A stretch of DNA of 64,000 bases from Thermoanaerobaculia bacterium (GCA_035266085.1 DATFNZ010000012.1:2061-66060), one strand, 5' to 3'; shown: positions 26,504 through 36,434, numbered from the stretch's first letter. Notes: generated by a model from the sequence alone, not told the origin. A program made the numbers and translations.

Positions 26504-26634
26504 TGTAGAGACGCCTTGCAGGCGTCTCCTCCGCTGCGGGAAACACGTTCGTTCTGGCAAGATCGCCCGCGGGAACAGATTTGCGGTTCGGGAAGGCATC
26601 GCCGCCTCAGAGACGCCTGCAAGGCGTCTCTACA
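26504..26634. mobile_element. MITE-like element, second copy (131 bp), inverted relative to 1953..2099
   Basis: tgtagagacgccttgcaggcgtctc (26504-26528) and gagacgcctgcaaggcgtctctaca (26610-26634). The interior gatcgcccgcgggaacagatttgcgg resembles the reverse complement of the interior of copy 1. It also sits in a divergent intergenic region. Confidence 0.6.
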
Positions 26635-26683
26635 TTGGGGGGCACCTATAACATTGGGGGTGCCTATCGCTACAATCCCGGCC

Positions 26684-29600
26684 ATGCTCCGCCGCCTTCT
26701 CCCTCTCCTCGCCCTCCCGCTGCTCGCCGCCTCTCCGGCCCCGGCGCCGGTCTCCTCCCAGGCCGCGGCCCTGCGCAACCTCGGCCTTGCCCAACTCGAG
26801 AACGAGCGTCCGGCCGATGCCATCGAGAGCTTCCGCAAGCTCCTCGAGGTCGCGCCGGGCGATCCGCTGCCCTACGCCAACCTCGCCATCGCCGCCCTGC
26901 GGCAGCAGAAGAGCGAGGACGCCCAGAGCTGGATTGCCCAGGCCCTGGCCAAGGCCCCGGGCCGGGCCGACCTGGTGGCCATCCAGGGCGACGTGCTGCA
27001 GTGGGGCGGCAAGGACGAGGAGGCGCTCGCCGCCTACCGCAAGGCCGCGGCGGCGGCGCCGGACCGGGTCGATCTCCAGTACTCCCTCTACCGCCAGGCG
27101 GCGCAGGGCACGGGCCCCGAGGCCGAGGCCGCCCTCGCGGAAGCCTTGAAGGCGCTGGTGCGGCTGCGGCCGGAGAACCTGATCGTCCTCCTCCAATCGG
27201 GGCAGCGGGCCATCGCGGCGGGCGACCGCGCGGGCGCCACCCAGGCGTTCCTCCGCGTCCGTGAGCTGGCGGGATCGGCCTCCCCGGCGGCCACCGCGGC
27301 GCTGGGGCCGGTGATGACGGCGCTCGAATCCGGCGAGGTGGCCGCGGCCCGGGTGCCCGCCATCCGCCTGGAGAACGTGCTCAAGCCCACGGCTCCGTAC
27401 CAGCAGAGCCTCAAGGAGCTGTCGCCCGGCATCCTGGGCCTGCCCGTCGAGCGCTTCGCCACGGAGCCGCCGCCGTCCAGCTTCGGCGATCCCGTGCCCG
27501 TGCGCTTCCAGGCCGCTTCCCTCGCCGGCGGGCCCGCGGCCGGTCTGGCTGTCGGCGATTTTGATGGCGACGAGAAGGCGGACGTCGTCTGGCTGAAGGG
27601 CGGGGAAGCGCCCCGGCTGGAATCGAGCCGTGGACCGGGTCCTGAAGCTTCCGGGATCACCGGATTGCTGGCCGCCGACCTGGACAACGACGGCAAGACC
27701 GACCTCATCGGCTACGGAACGAAGCGCGTCGTTTTCTGGCGCGGCCGGGGGGACGGCGGCTTCGACGACGCGACGGCCGGAGCCGGCTTGGCGAAGGCCG
27801 GCGCCGAGGCCGCCGCCGTGCTCGACTTCGACATCGAAGGCGACCTCGACCTCGCTCTGGCGGGCGGCGAAACCGGGGGCCTCGCGATCTACCGCAACGC
27901 CCTTCAGGGTCCGCTCGAAGCCGTGGACCGCCAGAGCCTGCCGCAGGCGTTCACGGACGTCCGGGACCTCGTGGCGAGCGATCTCGACCGCGACGGCGAC
28001 CTCGATCTCGTGGCGGCGCACGCCAAGGGGATCGCCTGGATCGACAATCAGCGCCAGGGACGGTTCGCCGACCGCACCGCCGCCGCCGGGCTCGCTGCCT
28101 CCGGTCCCATGGAAGCTGCCGCCAGCGCCGATCTCGACAACGACGGCCTGCCCGACCTCGTGGCCGCCGGCGCCGGGCTGGCGCTCTGGCACAACCTGGG
28201 CGGGCGCTTCGCTCCCTGGCCGCTCCCGGGTCTGCCCGCCGGCAAGCGCTTTACCTCGGTGCTCGCCTTCGACGCCGACAACGACGGCCGGCTCGACCTC
28301 GCCGCCGCCGGTCCGGACGGCATCGTGGTCCTCGGCCAGCGGGGCACCGCCGCCGCGCCCGCCTTCGAGGCGCTGGCCGTCGAGGGCGGGCCGAAGTCCG
28401 CGGCGGCGCTCGCCGCGGCCGACCTCGACGGCGACGGCGACCTCGACCTCGCCGCGGCGGGGGAGGGCGGCCTGCACCGTCTGGTGAACGAGGGCGGCAA
28501 CAAGAACCACTGGCTCGACGTGCGTCTGCGCGGCCTCACCACGGGCAGCGGCAAGAACAACCTTCAGGCGTTCGGCGCCGTGGCCGAGGTGCGCGCCGGC
28601 AGCGCCTACCAGTTCCGCGAGGTCGCCGGGCCCGTCACCCACTTCGGCCTCGGCGGCCTCCGCCAGGCCGACCTGCTGCGGATCATCTGGACCAACGGCG
28701 TGCCCCAGAACCGGCTCCAGCCCCAGAGCGACCAGCGGGTGGTGGAGGAGCAGCTCCTCAAGGGGAGCTGCCCGTTCCTCTATGCCTGGACGGGCGAGCG
28801 CTTCGAATTCGTCACCGATCTGCTGTGGAACTCGCCCCTCGGCCTGCCGGTCGCGCCCGGCGTCTGGGCGGGCGCCGATCCCGACGAGCTGGTGCGGGTG
28901 GACGGCGCCCGGCCCGTGGACGGCGTCTACCGGCTGCGCGTCACCGAGGAGCTGTGGGAGGCCGCCTACTTCGACGCCGTCCGGCTCTGGGTGGTGGACC
29001 ATCCCGCCCGTCCGGAGCCCGTCGAGGTGGCGAGCAGCCTGAAGGTCGAGCCGGGGAAGCGCCAGCCCGTGCGGGTGCTCGCCTCGCGCGGCCTCCGCCC
29101 CGTGGCCGCCGCCTGGGACGGCGGGGGAGCCGAGGTGACGGCCCGCGTCCGCCAGCGCGACGACGTCTACGCCTCGGGCTACGAGCCGGGCCCCTTCCAG
29201 GGAGTGGCCCCCGCGTGGACGTTCACCTTCGATCTCGGCGAAGCCCCCGGCGCCCCGGTGCGCCTCCATCTCGACGGCTGGATCTTCCCGGCCGACGCCA
29301 GCCTGAACCTCGCCGCGGCCCAGCGCCCCGACCTGCCCTACCTGCCGCCCAGCCTGGAGGTGGAGACGGCGGCAGGCTGGAAGACCCTGCTGCCCTCCAT
29401 GGGCTTCCCCGCGGGCAAGACGAAGACGATGGTGGTCGACACCCCGCCGCTGCCGCCGGGGGCCCGCCGCCTGCGCATCGTCACCTCCCTCTGGCTCGGC
29501 TGGGACCGCATCGCCTGGACCCGCGAGACGGCCGACGATGTCCCCGTCATCAGGGCCCGCCTGACCCCCGCCGCGGCCGACCTCCACTACCGTGGCTTTT

Positions 29601-30001
29601 CGCGGCTCCTCCGCAAGTCCCCCAACGGCCCGCACGGCTACGACTACGAGACCGCCTCGCCGGACTCCCCCTGGCTGCCCTTCCCCGGCCGCTACACCCG
29701 CTACGGCGACGTCGGCGAGCTGCTGGCCGGGACGGACGACCGCTCCGTCATCCTCGCCCCCGGAGACGAGATCGCCCTCGAGTTCGACGCCTCCGCGCTG
29801 CCGCCCCTCCAGAAGGGCTGGGCCCGCACCGTCTTCCTCCAGAGCCAGGGCTGGGACAAGGACGCCGACCGCAACACCTTCGAGGCCCGGCAGATGGAGC
29901 CGCTGCCCTTCCGCGCCATGAAGAGCTACGGCGAGCCGTTCCCGGACACGCCGGAGATGCGGGAGTACGTGGAGCGGTGGTTGACGAGGGTGGTGCCGTG
30001 A
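26684..30001 (+). CDS. large secreted TPR + FG-GAP/VCBS repeat protein with ASPIC/UnbV-like region
   Basis: Track ORF 26516..30001 trimmed to ATG 26684 (MLRRLLPLLALPLLAASPAPA); the upstream part lies in the MITE-like repeat. It has N-terminal TPRs, then repeated D.D.DGD.DL motifs, then W(L)DV.L.G......N..A.GA.. (UnbV-like), then a long C-terminal region. Confidence 0.85.
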   Translation: MLRRLLPLLALPLLAASPAPAPVSSQAAALRNLGLAQLENERPADAIESFRKLLEVAPGDPLPYANLAIAALRQQKSEDAQSWIAQALAKAPGRADLVAIQGDVLQWGGKDEEALAAYRKAAAAAPDRVDLQYSLYRQAAQGTGPEAEAALAEALKALVRLRPENLIVLLQSGQRAIAAGDRAGATQAFLRVRELAGSASPAATAALGPVMTALESGEVAAARVPAIRLENVLKPTAPYQQSLKELSPGILGLPVERFATEPPPSSFGDPVPVRFQAASLAGGPAAGLAVGDFDGDEKADVVWLKGGEAPRLESSRGPGPEASGITGLLAADLDNDGKTDLIGYGTKRVVFWRGRGDGGFDDATAGAGLAKAGAEAAAVLDFDIEGDLDLALAGGETGGLAIYRNALQGPLEAVDRQSLPQAFTDVRDLVASDLDRDGDLDLVAAHAKGIAWIDNQRQGRFADRTAAAGLAASGPMEAAASADLDNDGLPDLVAAGAGLALWHNLGGRFAPWPLPGLPAGKRFTSVLAFDADNDGRLDLAAAGPDGIVVLGQRGTAAAPAFEALAVEGGPKSAAALAAADLDGDGDLDLAAAGEGGLHRLVNEGGNKNHWLDVRLRGLTTGSGKNNLQAFGAVAEVRAGSAYQFREVAGPVTHFGLGGLRQADLLRIIWTNGVPQNRLQPQSDQRVVEEQLLKGSCPFLYAWTGERFEFVTDLLWNSPLGLPVAPGVWAGADPDELVRVDGARPVDGVYRLRVTEELWEAAYFDAVRLWVVDHPARPEPVEVASSLKVEPGKRQPVRVLASRGLRPVAAAWDGGGAEVTARVRQRDDVYASGYEPGPFQGVAPAWTFTFDLGEAPGAPVRLHLDGWIFPADASLNLAAAQRPDLPYLPPSLEVETAAGWKTLLPSMGFPAGKTKTMVVDTPPLPPGARRLRIVTSLWLGWDRIAWTRETADDVPVIRARLTPAAADLHYRGFSRLLRKSPNGPHGYDYETASPDSPWLPFPGRYTRYGDVGELLAGTDDRSVILAPGDEIALEFDASALPPLQKGWARTVFLQSQGWDKDADRNTFEARQMEPLPFRAMKSYGEPFPDTPEMREYVERWLTRVVP

Positions 30002-30014
30002 GGCTCGGCCCGGC

Positions 30015-30127
30015 AATCCTAGGGCGTTGCCCTAGGCTGAGGGAACCCAGGCCGTTGGCCCGGTGAAACGTCGGCGGTGAGGCCCAACGGGCCGTGATTC
30101 CTCAGCCCAGGGCAACGCCCTGGGATT
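30015..30127. repeat. 113-bp long palindrome between convergent genes, overlapping the parA-like 3' end
   Basis: aatcctagggcgttgccctaggctgaggga (30015-30044) matches the reverse complement of ttcctcagcccagggcaacgccctgggatt (30098-30127) at about 27 of 30 positions. Each arm has an inner hairpin (cctagggc-gtt-gccctagg). The centre ggccgttggcc/ggcccaacgggcc is also complementary. Confidence 0.5.
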
Positions 30128-30899
30128 CGGGCGGCGGCCCACCCTTCGCCCGGATCAGAAACTCCCCCGCCAGCAGCTTGTACGCCTCCGCCCCCTTCGC
30201 GTGCCGGTCGTACTGGAAGATCGTCTGTCCCGCCCCCGGGGCCTCGGCGAGGCGGGTGTTGATGCGGATCTCGATGGCGAAGATCAGGTTGCCGTGCTCG
30301 GCCCGCAGCTCGTCCACCGTCCGGCGGGTGTTCTTGGTGCGGTAGTCCACCATGGTTAGGAGCAGGCCGAGGGGGCGGACGCGCGTGCCGTGGTCCCAGG
30401 CGGCGCGCTCGGCGGCGGCGACCAGGTTCCTGACCCCCGTCACGGCCAGGAATTGCGGCACCACGGGCACGATGAAGGCGTCGGCCGCCACCACGGCGCT
30501 CACCGGCACCAGGGAGAGCGAAGAGGGGCAGTCGAGGAAGACGAAGTCGTAGTGCTGGGCGATCGGCGCGAGGGCCGCCTTGAGGCGCGTCTCCTTGCCG
30601 CGGAAGACCCCCAGCTCCACCTCCGCCCGCATGAGGTCCACCGAAGCGGTGATCAGGTCGAGCCCCGGGATTGTCGTCCGGCGGATCGCCTGACTCACCG
30701 GCATGCCGGCGAGCAGCACGTCGGCGGCGGAGGGAGCGAGGTTCACCCGGTCCACGCCGAGAGAGAGCGAAGCCGAGGCCTGGCTGTCGAGGTCCACCAG
30801 CAACACGCGCAGCCCCTGGGCCGCCAGAGCGGCCGACAGGTTGACTGAGGTCGTGGTCTTGCCGACCCCGCCCTTGCGGCTGATCAAGGCTGTAATCAT
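30102..30899 (-). CDS. ParA/MinD-family P-loop ATPase (orphan, no parB seen)
   Basis: Deviant Walker A is SRKGGVGKTTTSVNLS, followed by LLVDLDSQAS and DFVFLDCPSSL. Confidence 0.9.
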   Translation of the reverse strand: MITALISRKGGVGKTTTSVNLSAALAAQGLRVLLVDLDSQASASLSLGVDRVNLAPSAADVLLAGMPVSQAIRRTTIPGLDLITASVDLMRAEVELGVFRGKETRLKAALAPIAQHYDFVFLDCPSSLSLVPVSAVVAADAFIVPVVPQFLAVTGVRNLVAAAERAAWDHGTRVRPLGLLLTMVDYRTKNTRRTVDELRAEHGNLIFAIEIRINTRLAEAPGAGQTIFQYDRHAKGAEAYKLLAGEFLIRAKGGPPPESQGVALG

Positions 30900-30919
30900 C
30901 TAATAGGCGTAAATCTATA

Positions 30920-31681
30920 TCACTTTTCGTAGCGCTTTCGGGGCCGGCCCGCCCTCATCATGAGCGGCCAGCGAAGCGTCTTCTCGACGGTGGGGTCGCC
31001 CCAGGCCGCCTCGAGCTCCGTCCGGACGAGCTCGCGGGGATCGCTGCCGGTCTCCCGGATGTAGCGCTGGGTGGCGGACCAGGTGCCGGCGTACTGCAGC
31101 AGCCGCTCCAGGTTCCAGCGGTCCTCGATCCACAGGGGCGGGACCGCCACCTCGTCGAAGGGGAAGGGGAGCGTGCGGTACAGCTCGTCCACCCACCGGC
31201 GCTCCGGCGGCCAGTAGGGGGCGACGATCTCGTGCCCCAGACGATCGACGAGGGCGTCCAGCTCCGGCGAGATCCGGACCAGGTCGTAGGCCCAGACGGC
31301 GAGGGCGCCGCCCGGAGCGAGCACCCGTTCGACCTCGGCGTAGAAGCGGTCGAAGTCGAACCAGTGCACCGCCGTCGCCACCGTCACGAGGTCGACCGAT
31401 CCGTCCGCCAGTCCCGACCGTTCGGCCAGGGCCTGCCGGTACTCGACGCGCGGATGAGGCGTGGCGTGCTCGAGCTGCTCCGCGGAGGCGTCGGTGGCCA
31501 CGACGCGGTCGAAACGCTCCGCGAGGTCCAGGGCCGCCTGCCCGTTGCCCGTGGCGCAGTCCCAGACCAGCCCCCGGCGCTGGGGAAGGGCGGCCACGAA
31601 GTCGAACACCTCGGGCGGATAGCTGGGCCGGAACGAGGCATAGCTGCCGGCGTGCCCCGAGAAGTGATCCTTGAAGCTCAC
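30920..31681 (-). CDS. class I SAM-dependent methyltransferase
   Basis: GTG start at 31681 overlaps the upstream stop (GTGA), within track ORF 30920..32284. Motif I is VWDCATGNGQAALDLA. The family looks Methyltransf_11-like. Confidence 0.85.
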   Translation of the reverse strand: MSFKDHFSGHAGSYASFRPSYPPEVFDFVAALPQRRGLVWDCATGNGQAALDLAERFDRVVATDASAEQLEHATPHPRVEYRQALAERSGLADGSVDLVTVATAVHWFDFDRFYAEVERVLAPGGALAVWAYDLVRISPELDALVDRLGHEIVAPYWPPERRWVDELYRTLPFPFDEVAVPPLWIEDRWNLERLLQYAGTWSATQRYIRETGSDPRELVRTELEAAWGDPTVEKTLRWPLMMRAGRPRKRYEK

Positions 31682-32487
31682 AGATGGCCCTTCAGGAAGT
31701 CGACCGTCCGCGCGATGATCTCCCGGCTGCGGGCGTCGTCGTCCAGCACGTCGAAGCCGTGCTGCCCACGCGGATGGTTGAGGACGTCGAGCGCGGCGTT
31801 GGCCGCCAGCGCCCGGGTGATGAAGCCGTCCGTGCCGGTGTTGATCCACGGCCAGTCGAGGCCGGCGCGGGCGATCAGGATCGGCGGCCCGTCGTATCCC
31901 TCCAAGGGCAGGCAGGACACGGGCGAGAACCGCTCCACGATCTCGCCGGGGAGGCCGCCCGGGATCTGCTCCGACAGGGGACGAAGGTCGAGGACGGCGT
32001 AGTACGAGACGAGGCAGCGGATCCAAGGTGCTTTTTCGGTCAGCAGGGGACCCAGGAACGGCCCGCCCCCGGAGAGCGCCCACCCGGCCAGCCGGTCCGG
32101 ATCGAGATGGAAGGAGGCCGCCTGCCCGCGGACGAACGCGAAGGCCGCAGCGATGCTGGCGGCCGATTCCTCGAACCGGTCGAAGCCGGGAAAGCGGTGG
32201 TTGAAGGTGACGCCCACCATCCCGCAGGCCGCCATCAGCCGGCCGTAGGAGGTGAAGAGCCCCCAGTCCTTGACCAGCCGCCACGGCTTGTCCGGTGGGA
32301 TCGGCCCGCCGTGAATGAAAAAGACGCCCGGCCGAGCTTCGCCTGGCGGCACATAAACGTCCATCGTCAGCTCCGTCCCGTCGTCCAGCGTGTGGTAGAC
32401 GAGGTTGCGCCGCACCTCCACGGCCTCCATGCCGGGGACGGCGTACACCACGGGATTCGTGAACATCTTGTTCGCCTCGTTCGCCAT
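31678..32487 (-). CDS. alpha/beta hydrolase fold protein
   Basis: ATG at 32487 (AAAGGAGAG upstream) within track ORF 31678..33252. VFFIHGGPIPP and the nucleophile-elbow-like GWALSGGG are present, with a C-terminal His region HPRGQHGFD. Confidence 0.75.
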   Translation of the reverse strand: MANEANKMFTNPVVYAVPGMEAVEVRRNLVYHTLDDGTELTMDVYVPPGEARPGVFFIHGGPIPPDKPWRLVKDWGLFTSYGRLMAACGMVGVTFNHRFPGFDRFEESAASIAAAFAFVRGQAASFHLDPDRLAGWALSGGGPFLGPLLTEKAPWIRCLVSYYAVLDLRPLSEQIPGGLPGEIVERFSPVSCLPLEGYDGPPILIARAGLDWPWINTGTDGFITRALAANAALDVLNHPRGQHGFDVLDDDARSREIIARTVDFLKGHL

Positions 32488-32498
32488 CGTCTCTCCTT

Positions 32499-33860
32499 TT
32501 ACGTCCCCGCCTCCGCGGCTACGCGCGCGATCTCGCCGCGGAACCGCATGGCGATCCGCATCACGAGCAGGACGGCCACCATCGTGATCCCCACCGTGAT
32601 TCCCCACCACAGCCCGGCCGGCCCCAGCCCGGCGCGAAAGGCGAGGAGCCATCCGATCGGCAGGCTGACCCCCCAGTAGCCGGCCAGGGCCACGGCGGCG
32701 GGGAAGGTGGTGTCCGCCGCGCCGCGCAGCACGCCCGCCGACACCACTTGGAGGCCGTCGCACACCTGGAACAGCGCGGCGATGGGGAGCAGGGTGATCA
32801 CCACGGAGATCACCGCCGGGTCCATCGTATACAGGCGGGCGAGCGGGGCCGGAAAACTCGCGAACACGGCCGCGAAGAACGCCATCGCCCCCCCTCCCAG
32901 CAGCAGGCAGGCCGCCGCGGCCCGGCGGGCGCCCGGCATGTCGCCGCGGCCAATGGCGTTGCCGACGCGGGTCGCGGCGGCGCCGGAGATCCCGAGCGGC
33001 ACCATGAACGACAGGCTCGCCAGGTTGAGGGCGATCTGGTGGCCCGCCAGTTGAGGCACCCCCATGCGGCCGATGAATAGGGCCGCCACCGCGAAGATCA
33101 GCAGCTCGACCGAGTTGTGAAGCGCGATCGGCAGGCCGATCCGCAGCATTACGGCATAGCGCCTCAGCGCCACGGCCTCGGCCGTGAAGCCCCGCCAGTA
33201 GGGAGCGAGTGTGCGCCGTGAAGCCGCGAGCAGATAGAGGAACATCGCCCACCGGGCCGCCGACGTGGACAGCGCCGAGCCCCTGACCCCCAGGGCCGGA
33301 GCCCCCAGATGGCCGAAGATCAGCATCCAGTTGAGGACCCCGTTGACGACGTTGCCGAGCACGATCGCCACCGCCGCCGGCCGGACCACGCTCATCGCCT
33401 GGAGGGGCTGCCGCAGGGCGATGAAGACAAAGTAGGGGAAGGCCCCCCAGAGGATGCCTCGCGTGTAGTCCGCCGCATCGGCGCTCACCGCCGCCGGCTG
33501 TCCCAGGCCGAGCAGCAGCGGCCCGACGTCGAGCAAACCGAGAACGAAAGGCACCGTCATCAAGGCCGCCAGCACGATTCCCCGCTGGAGATGCCCTCCG
33601 ACCGCCTCGTCGTCCCGGGCCCCATAGGCCTGAGAGACCAGGGGATCGAGAGCCGAGAGGAGCCCATACCCCAGCATCATGCAGGAGATGGTGACGATAT
33701 GCCCCAGCGCCCCCGCCGCGAGAGCCCGCGCCGAGAGATGGCCGAGCATCATCGTATCTACCACCCCCATGAGCATCGTGCCCACCTGCACCAGCGCCAC
33801 GGGAGCCGCGAGGCGGGCCGCGGCGGCGAGCTCGGTGCGTAGGGCGGTGGATCGGGTCAT
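32499..33860 (-). CDS. MATE-family efflux transporter
   Basis: Track ORF 32499..33917 trimmed to ATG 33860. There are 12 hydrophobic segments, and the N-terminus LRTELAAAARLAAPVALVQVGTMLMGVVDTMMLGHLS is MATE-typical. Confidence 0.9.
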   Translation of the reverse strand: MTRSTALRTELAAAARLAAPVALVQVGTMLMGVVDTMMLGHLSARALAAGALGHIVTISCMMLGYGLLSALDPLVSQAYGARDDEAVGGHLQRGIVLAALMTVPFVLGLLDVGPLLLGLGQPAAVSADAADYTRGILWGAFPYFVFIALRQPLQAMSVVRPAAVAIVLGNVVNGVLNWMLIFGHLGAPALGVRGSALSTSAARWAMFLYLLAASRRTLAPYWRGFTAEAVALRRYAVMLRIGLPIALHNSVELLIFAVAALFIGRMGVPQLAGHQIALNLASLSFMVPLGISGAAATRVGNAIGRGDMPGARRAAAACLLLGGGAMAFFAAVFASFPAPLARLYTMDPAVISVVITLLPIAALFQVCDGLQVVSAGVLRGAADTTFPAAVALAGYWGVSLPIGWLLAFRAGLGPAGLWWGITVGITMVAVLLVMRIAMRFRGEIARVAAEAGT

Positions 33861-33989
33861 GGGGTTCCTGGGGCGGGAGGGCGGAGGGGTACTATAGCGT
33901 CTCCGCTGGCGGTCCATCCCGGAGCGGACGGGCTACTCTCGCGGTATGATGATGCAAATCGGCCGAAGCCAATCTGGAGGTCGTGCTCT

Positions 33990-34211
33990 ATGTCGAATAT
34001 AGCTACCCAGGCCTTTCAACAAGCGCTCGAAATGGTTGAGGGATTACCAGAAGAACAGCAGCAGGATCTGGTCGAGATTGTCCGAAACCGGCAGAGAGAG
34101 CGTCGCCGCGAGGCCTTGGCGGCCAGCGTGGAACAAGCCCGGCGAGAGCTCGCTCGGGGAGAGGTTCGGCGGGGCTCGGTCGATGACCTGATGGCAGAAG
34201 TCGACGAATGA
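33990..34211 (+). CDS. type II antitoxin (small helical, acidic C-terminus)
   Basis: 73 aa. Its stop overlaps the toxin start (ATGA at 34208-34211). The charged helical sequence ends in DDLMAEVDE. Confidence 0.65.
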   Translation: MSNIATQAFQQALEMVEGLPEEQQQDLVEIVRNRQRERRREALAASVEQARRELARGEVRRGSVDDLMAEVDE

Positions 34212-34492
34212 GGGAACTCCTCTGGAGCAACACCTTTCGCCGTGCCCTCCGCCGGATGCTCAAGCGTCAGCCTCATGTTCGCGGTGACATCGAGGCGACC
34301 TTACGGCTCCTGCAAGTTGATCCCTTCGCAGCCCAACTCGCCACCCACAAGCTGAAAGGCCGCCTGGCTGGTACCTGGGCCTGCAGCGCTGGCTACGACT
34401 TGCGTATCCTGTTCGAGTTTGTCCGCAACCTGGAAAGAGAAGAAGAGGATCTCTACCTCATCGAGATCGGAACCCACGACGAAGTTTATTGA
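34208..34492 (+). CDS. type II toxin, RelE/ParE/YafQ superfamily
   Basis: 94 aa. ...HKLKGRLAGTWACSAGYDLRILFEF......LYLIEIGTHDEVY fits the RelE/YafQ-type pattern. Confidence 0.8.
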   Translation: MRELLWSNTFRRALRRMLKRQPHVRGDIEATLRLLQVDPFAAQLATHKLKGRLAGTWACSAGYDLRILFEFVRNLEREEEDLYLIEIGTHDEVY

Positions 34493-34628
34493 GGGCTCCC
34501 CTGCAAACAGGAGCCGCATGAGCATCACTCCCCCTCGGTAAAGTCGCGGTCCTCGCTCAGAGGCATCTCGGGAGCGCCCAGTCGATGGAGTAGAATGCTC
34601 GCGATTCCCCCACTCCGAAGGAGGCTCC

Positions 34629-36377
34629 TTGCGTCCCTTTACCGGTCTGATGCTGGTTTGCTTGCTGACCGCGGCGTGCCGCTCCGCTACGCCCGCGCCC
34701 GTGCTGGCCCCGGCTGGCCAGGCGGCCTGTGCGGAGCCGCGCTCCATCGACGAGGCGTTCCAGTGCGCCCGCCGCGACCCCAACTCTTTGCGGGCACTGC
34801 TGCTCGCCATGCCCAAGGGCGGCGACCTGCACCACCACCTGACCGGCGCCATCTATCCGGAGGTGCTGATCCAACTGGCGAGCTACCAAGGCCTGTGCAT
34901 CGATCTCTCCCCGGACGGGTCGGGCAGCCCGAAGTTCGCGTTCCAGGCCTGCCCGCCGGCGGCCGCGCCAAGTGCCGTTGGTGATGTCCCCATAAAGAGC
35001 ATCCCCCTGACGGCCCTCACGGCCGACTGCCAGGCCTGCTCCGCCTCCCAGCCCGCGGCGCTGTGCAAGGGAAGCGGGTCCATCCCGGCATGCTGCCTGT
35101 GCTCCAGCTCCTCGCTCTACGACGGCGCGGTCAATGCCCTGTCCATGCGCGGCGTGCCGTGGGGGACGCTCCAGGCCCACGACCACTTCTTCGCCATCTT
35201 CGGCAAGCTCGGCCCGGCCACCGGGAACAAGGCCGCCCTGATGGCGCAGCTCCGCCAGCAGGCCTCGCGGGAGAACGTGCTGTACCTCGAGACGATGTCC
35301 TCCGTGCCGTACCTGACGAACGATCCGGCCTGGAAGGCCTTCCTGGACCTCTTCGCGGCGGGCGACGGCTCGGCCGGCGCCGCCTTCTGCCGACAGCTCG
35401 CGGCGGGTCCCCTGGAGCCCGACAACGATCTGGACGAAACGGGCCGGAAGGTGCTGGCGGCCGGCGACGCCGTGGCGAAGCGGGTGGCGGAGGTAATGGC
35501 GGCCGAGATCGGCGACAGCTCGCGCCTCCTCGGCTGCGATTCCCAGCCGGACGCTCCCGGCTGCGAGGTCACGGTGCGGCGCCAGATCGAGACCCACCGG
35601 ACGTACCCGCTCATGACCATCTGCCAGGAAGCCCTGCTGGGTTTCGCCGCCTCCCAGGTGGACCGCGGGCACATCGTAGGGATCAACATCGTGGCGCCGG
35701 AAGACGCCTACGTCGCCCGCGTCGACTACTCCGCCCATATGAACCTGATCGGCAACCTGGGGCGGATCTACCCGCGAGCGGGCCGCGCCCTCCACGCCGG
35801 CGAGCTGATCGAAGGGCTGGTAGCGCCCAACGACCTGCGGTTCCACATCAACGACGCGGTGCGCGTGGCGGGCGCCCAACGCATCGGCCACGGCGTCGCC
35901 GTCACCTACGAGACCCGCTCCGGGGATCTCCTGCGGGAGATGGCCGCGAAACCCGTCGCCGTGGAGATCAACCTGGTGAGCAACGCCCAGCTCCTGGGAG
36001 TCGAAGGATCGGAGCACCCCTTGCCCCTCTACGTGGAGCGGAACGTGCCGGTGGTCCTCGCCACGGACGATCCCGGCATCATGCGCACCAGCCTCACCGA
36101 GCAGTTCCGGCTGGCCGCCCGGGACTATCCACGTTTCCGCTACACGGATCTGCGGACCTTCAACCGCAACAGCCTGGAGTACAGCTTTCTGACCGGCGCC
36201 TCGATCTGGGAGGACCCCGGCGCCTACCGGCACCCCGTCGCGGGCTGCCGCGCGGCGGCAGGCGGCCTGGACCTGGACCGTTGCGCGACTTGGGCGGAGA
36301 GCCAGGGCGACAAGGCCCGCGTCCAGGCGCTGCTGGAGAGCCGGCTGCGGGCGTTTGAAGAGGGATACCGGCCGTAG
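34629..36377 (+). CDS. secreted or lipoprotein adenosine/AMP-deaminase-family protein
   Basis: TTG start lies 5 nt after AAGGAGG, and the lipobox-like sequence is LLTAAC. The metal-binding start GGDLHHHLTGAIYPE (HxH), IGHGVAV and the late motif VLATDDPGIMRTSLTEQF are typical of the A_deaminase fold. Confidence 0.8.
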   Translation: MRPFTGLMLVCLLTAACRSATPAPVLAPAGQAACAEPRSIDEAFQCARRDPNSLRALLLAMPKGGDLHHHLTGAIYPEVLIQLASYQGLCIDLSPDGSGSPKFAFQACPPAAAPSAVGDVPIKSIPLTALTADCQACSASQPAALCKGSGSIPACCLCSSSSLYDGAVNALSMRGVPWGTLQAHDHFFAIFGKLGPATGNKAALMAQLRQQASRENVLYLETMSSVPYLTNDPAWKAFLDLFAAGDGSAGAAFCRQLAAGPLEPDNDLDETGRKVLAAGDAVAKRVAEVMAAEIGDSSRLLGCDSQPDAPGCEVTVRRQIETHRTYPLMTICQEALLGFAASQVDRGHIVGINIVAPEDAYVARVDYSAHMNLIGNLGRIYPRAGRALHAGELIEGLVAPNDLRFHINDAVRVAGAQRIGHGVAVTYETRSGDLLREMAAKPVAVEINLVSNAQLLGVEGSEHPLPLYVERNVPVVLATDDPGIMRTSLTEQFRLAARDYPRFRYTDLRTFNRNSLEYSFLTGASIWEDPGAYRHPVAGCRAAAGGLDLDRCATWAESQGDKARVQALLESRLRAFEEGYRP

Positions 36378-36394
36378 GAAGGGAGCGTCGCCCC
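36304..36394. repeat. direct-repeat copy a (last ~25 codons of the deaminase gene plus 17 nt)
   Basis: agggcgacaaggcccgcgtccaggcgctgctggagagccggctgcgggcgtttgaagag...gggagcgtcgcccc recurs with scattered mismatches at 37119-37207. Its 3' part recurs again at 39563-39610. Confidence 0.6.
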
Positions 36395-36434
36395 TTCCTG
36401 GGGACCGGTCCAGGGGTGTGTTAGCATCTGATGC

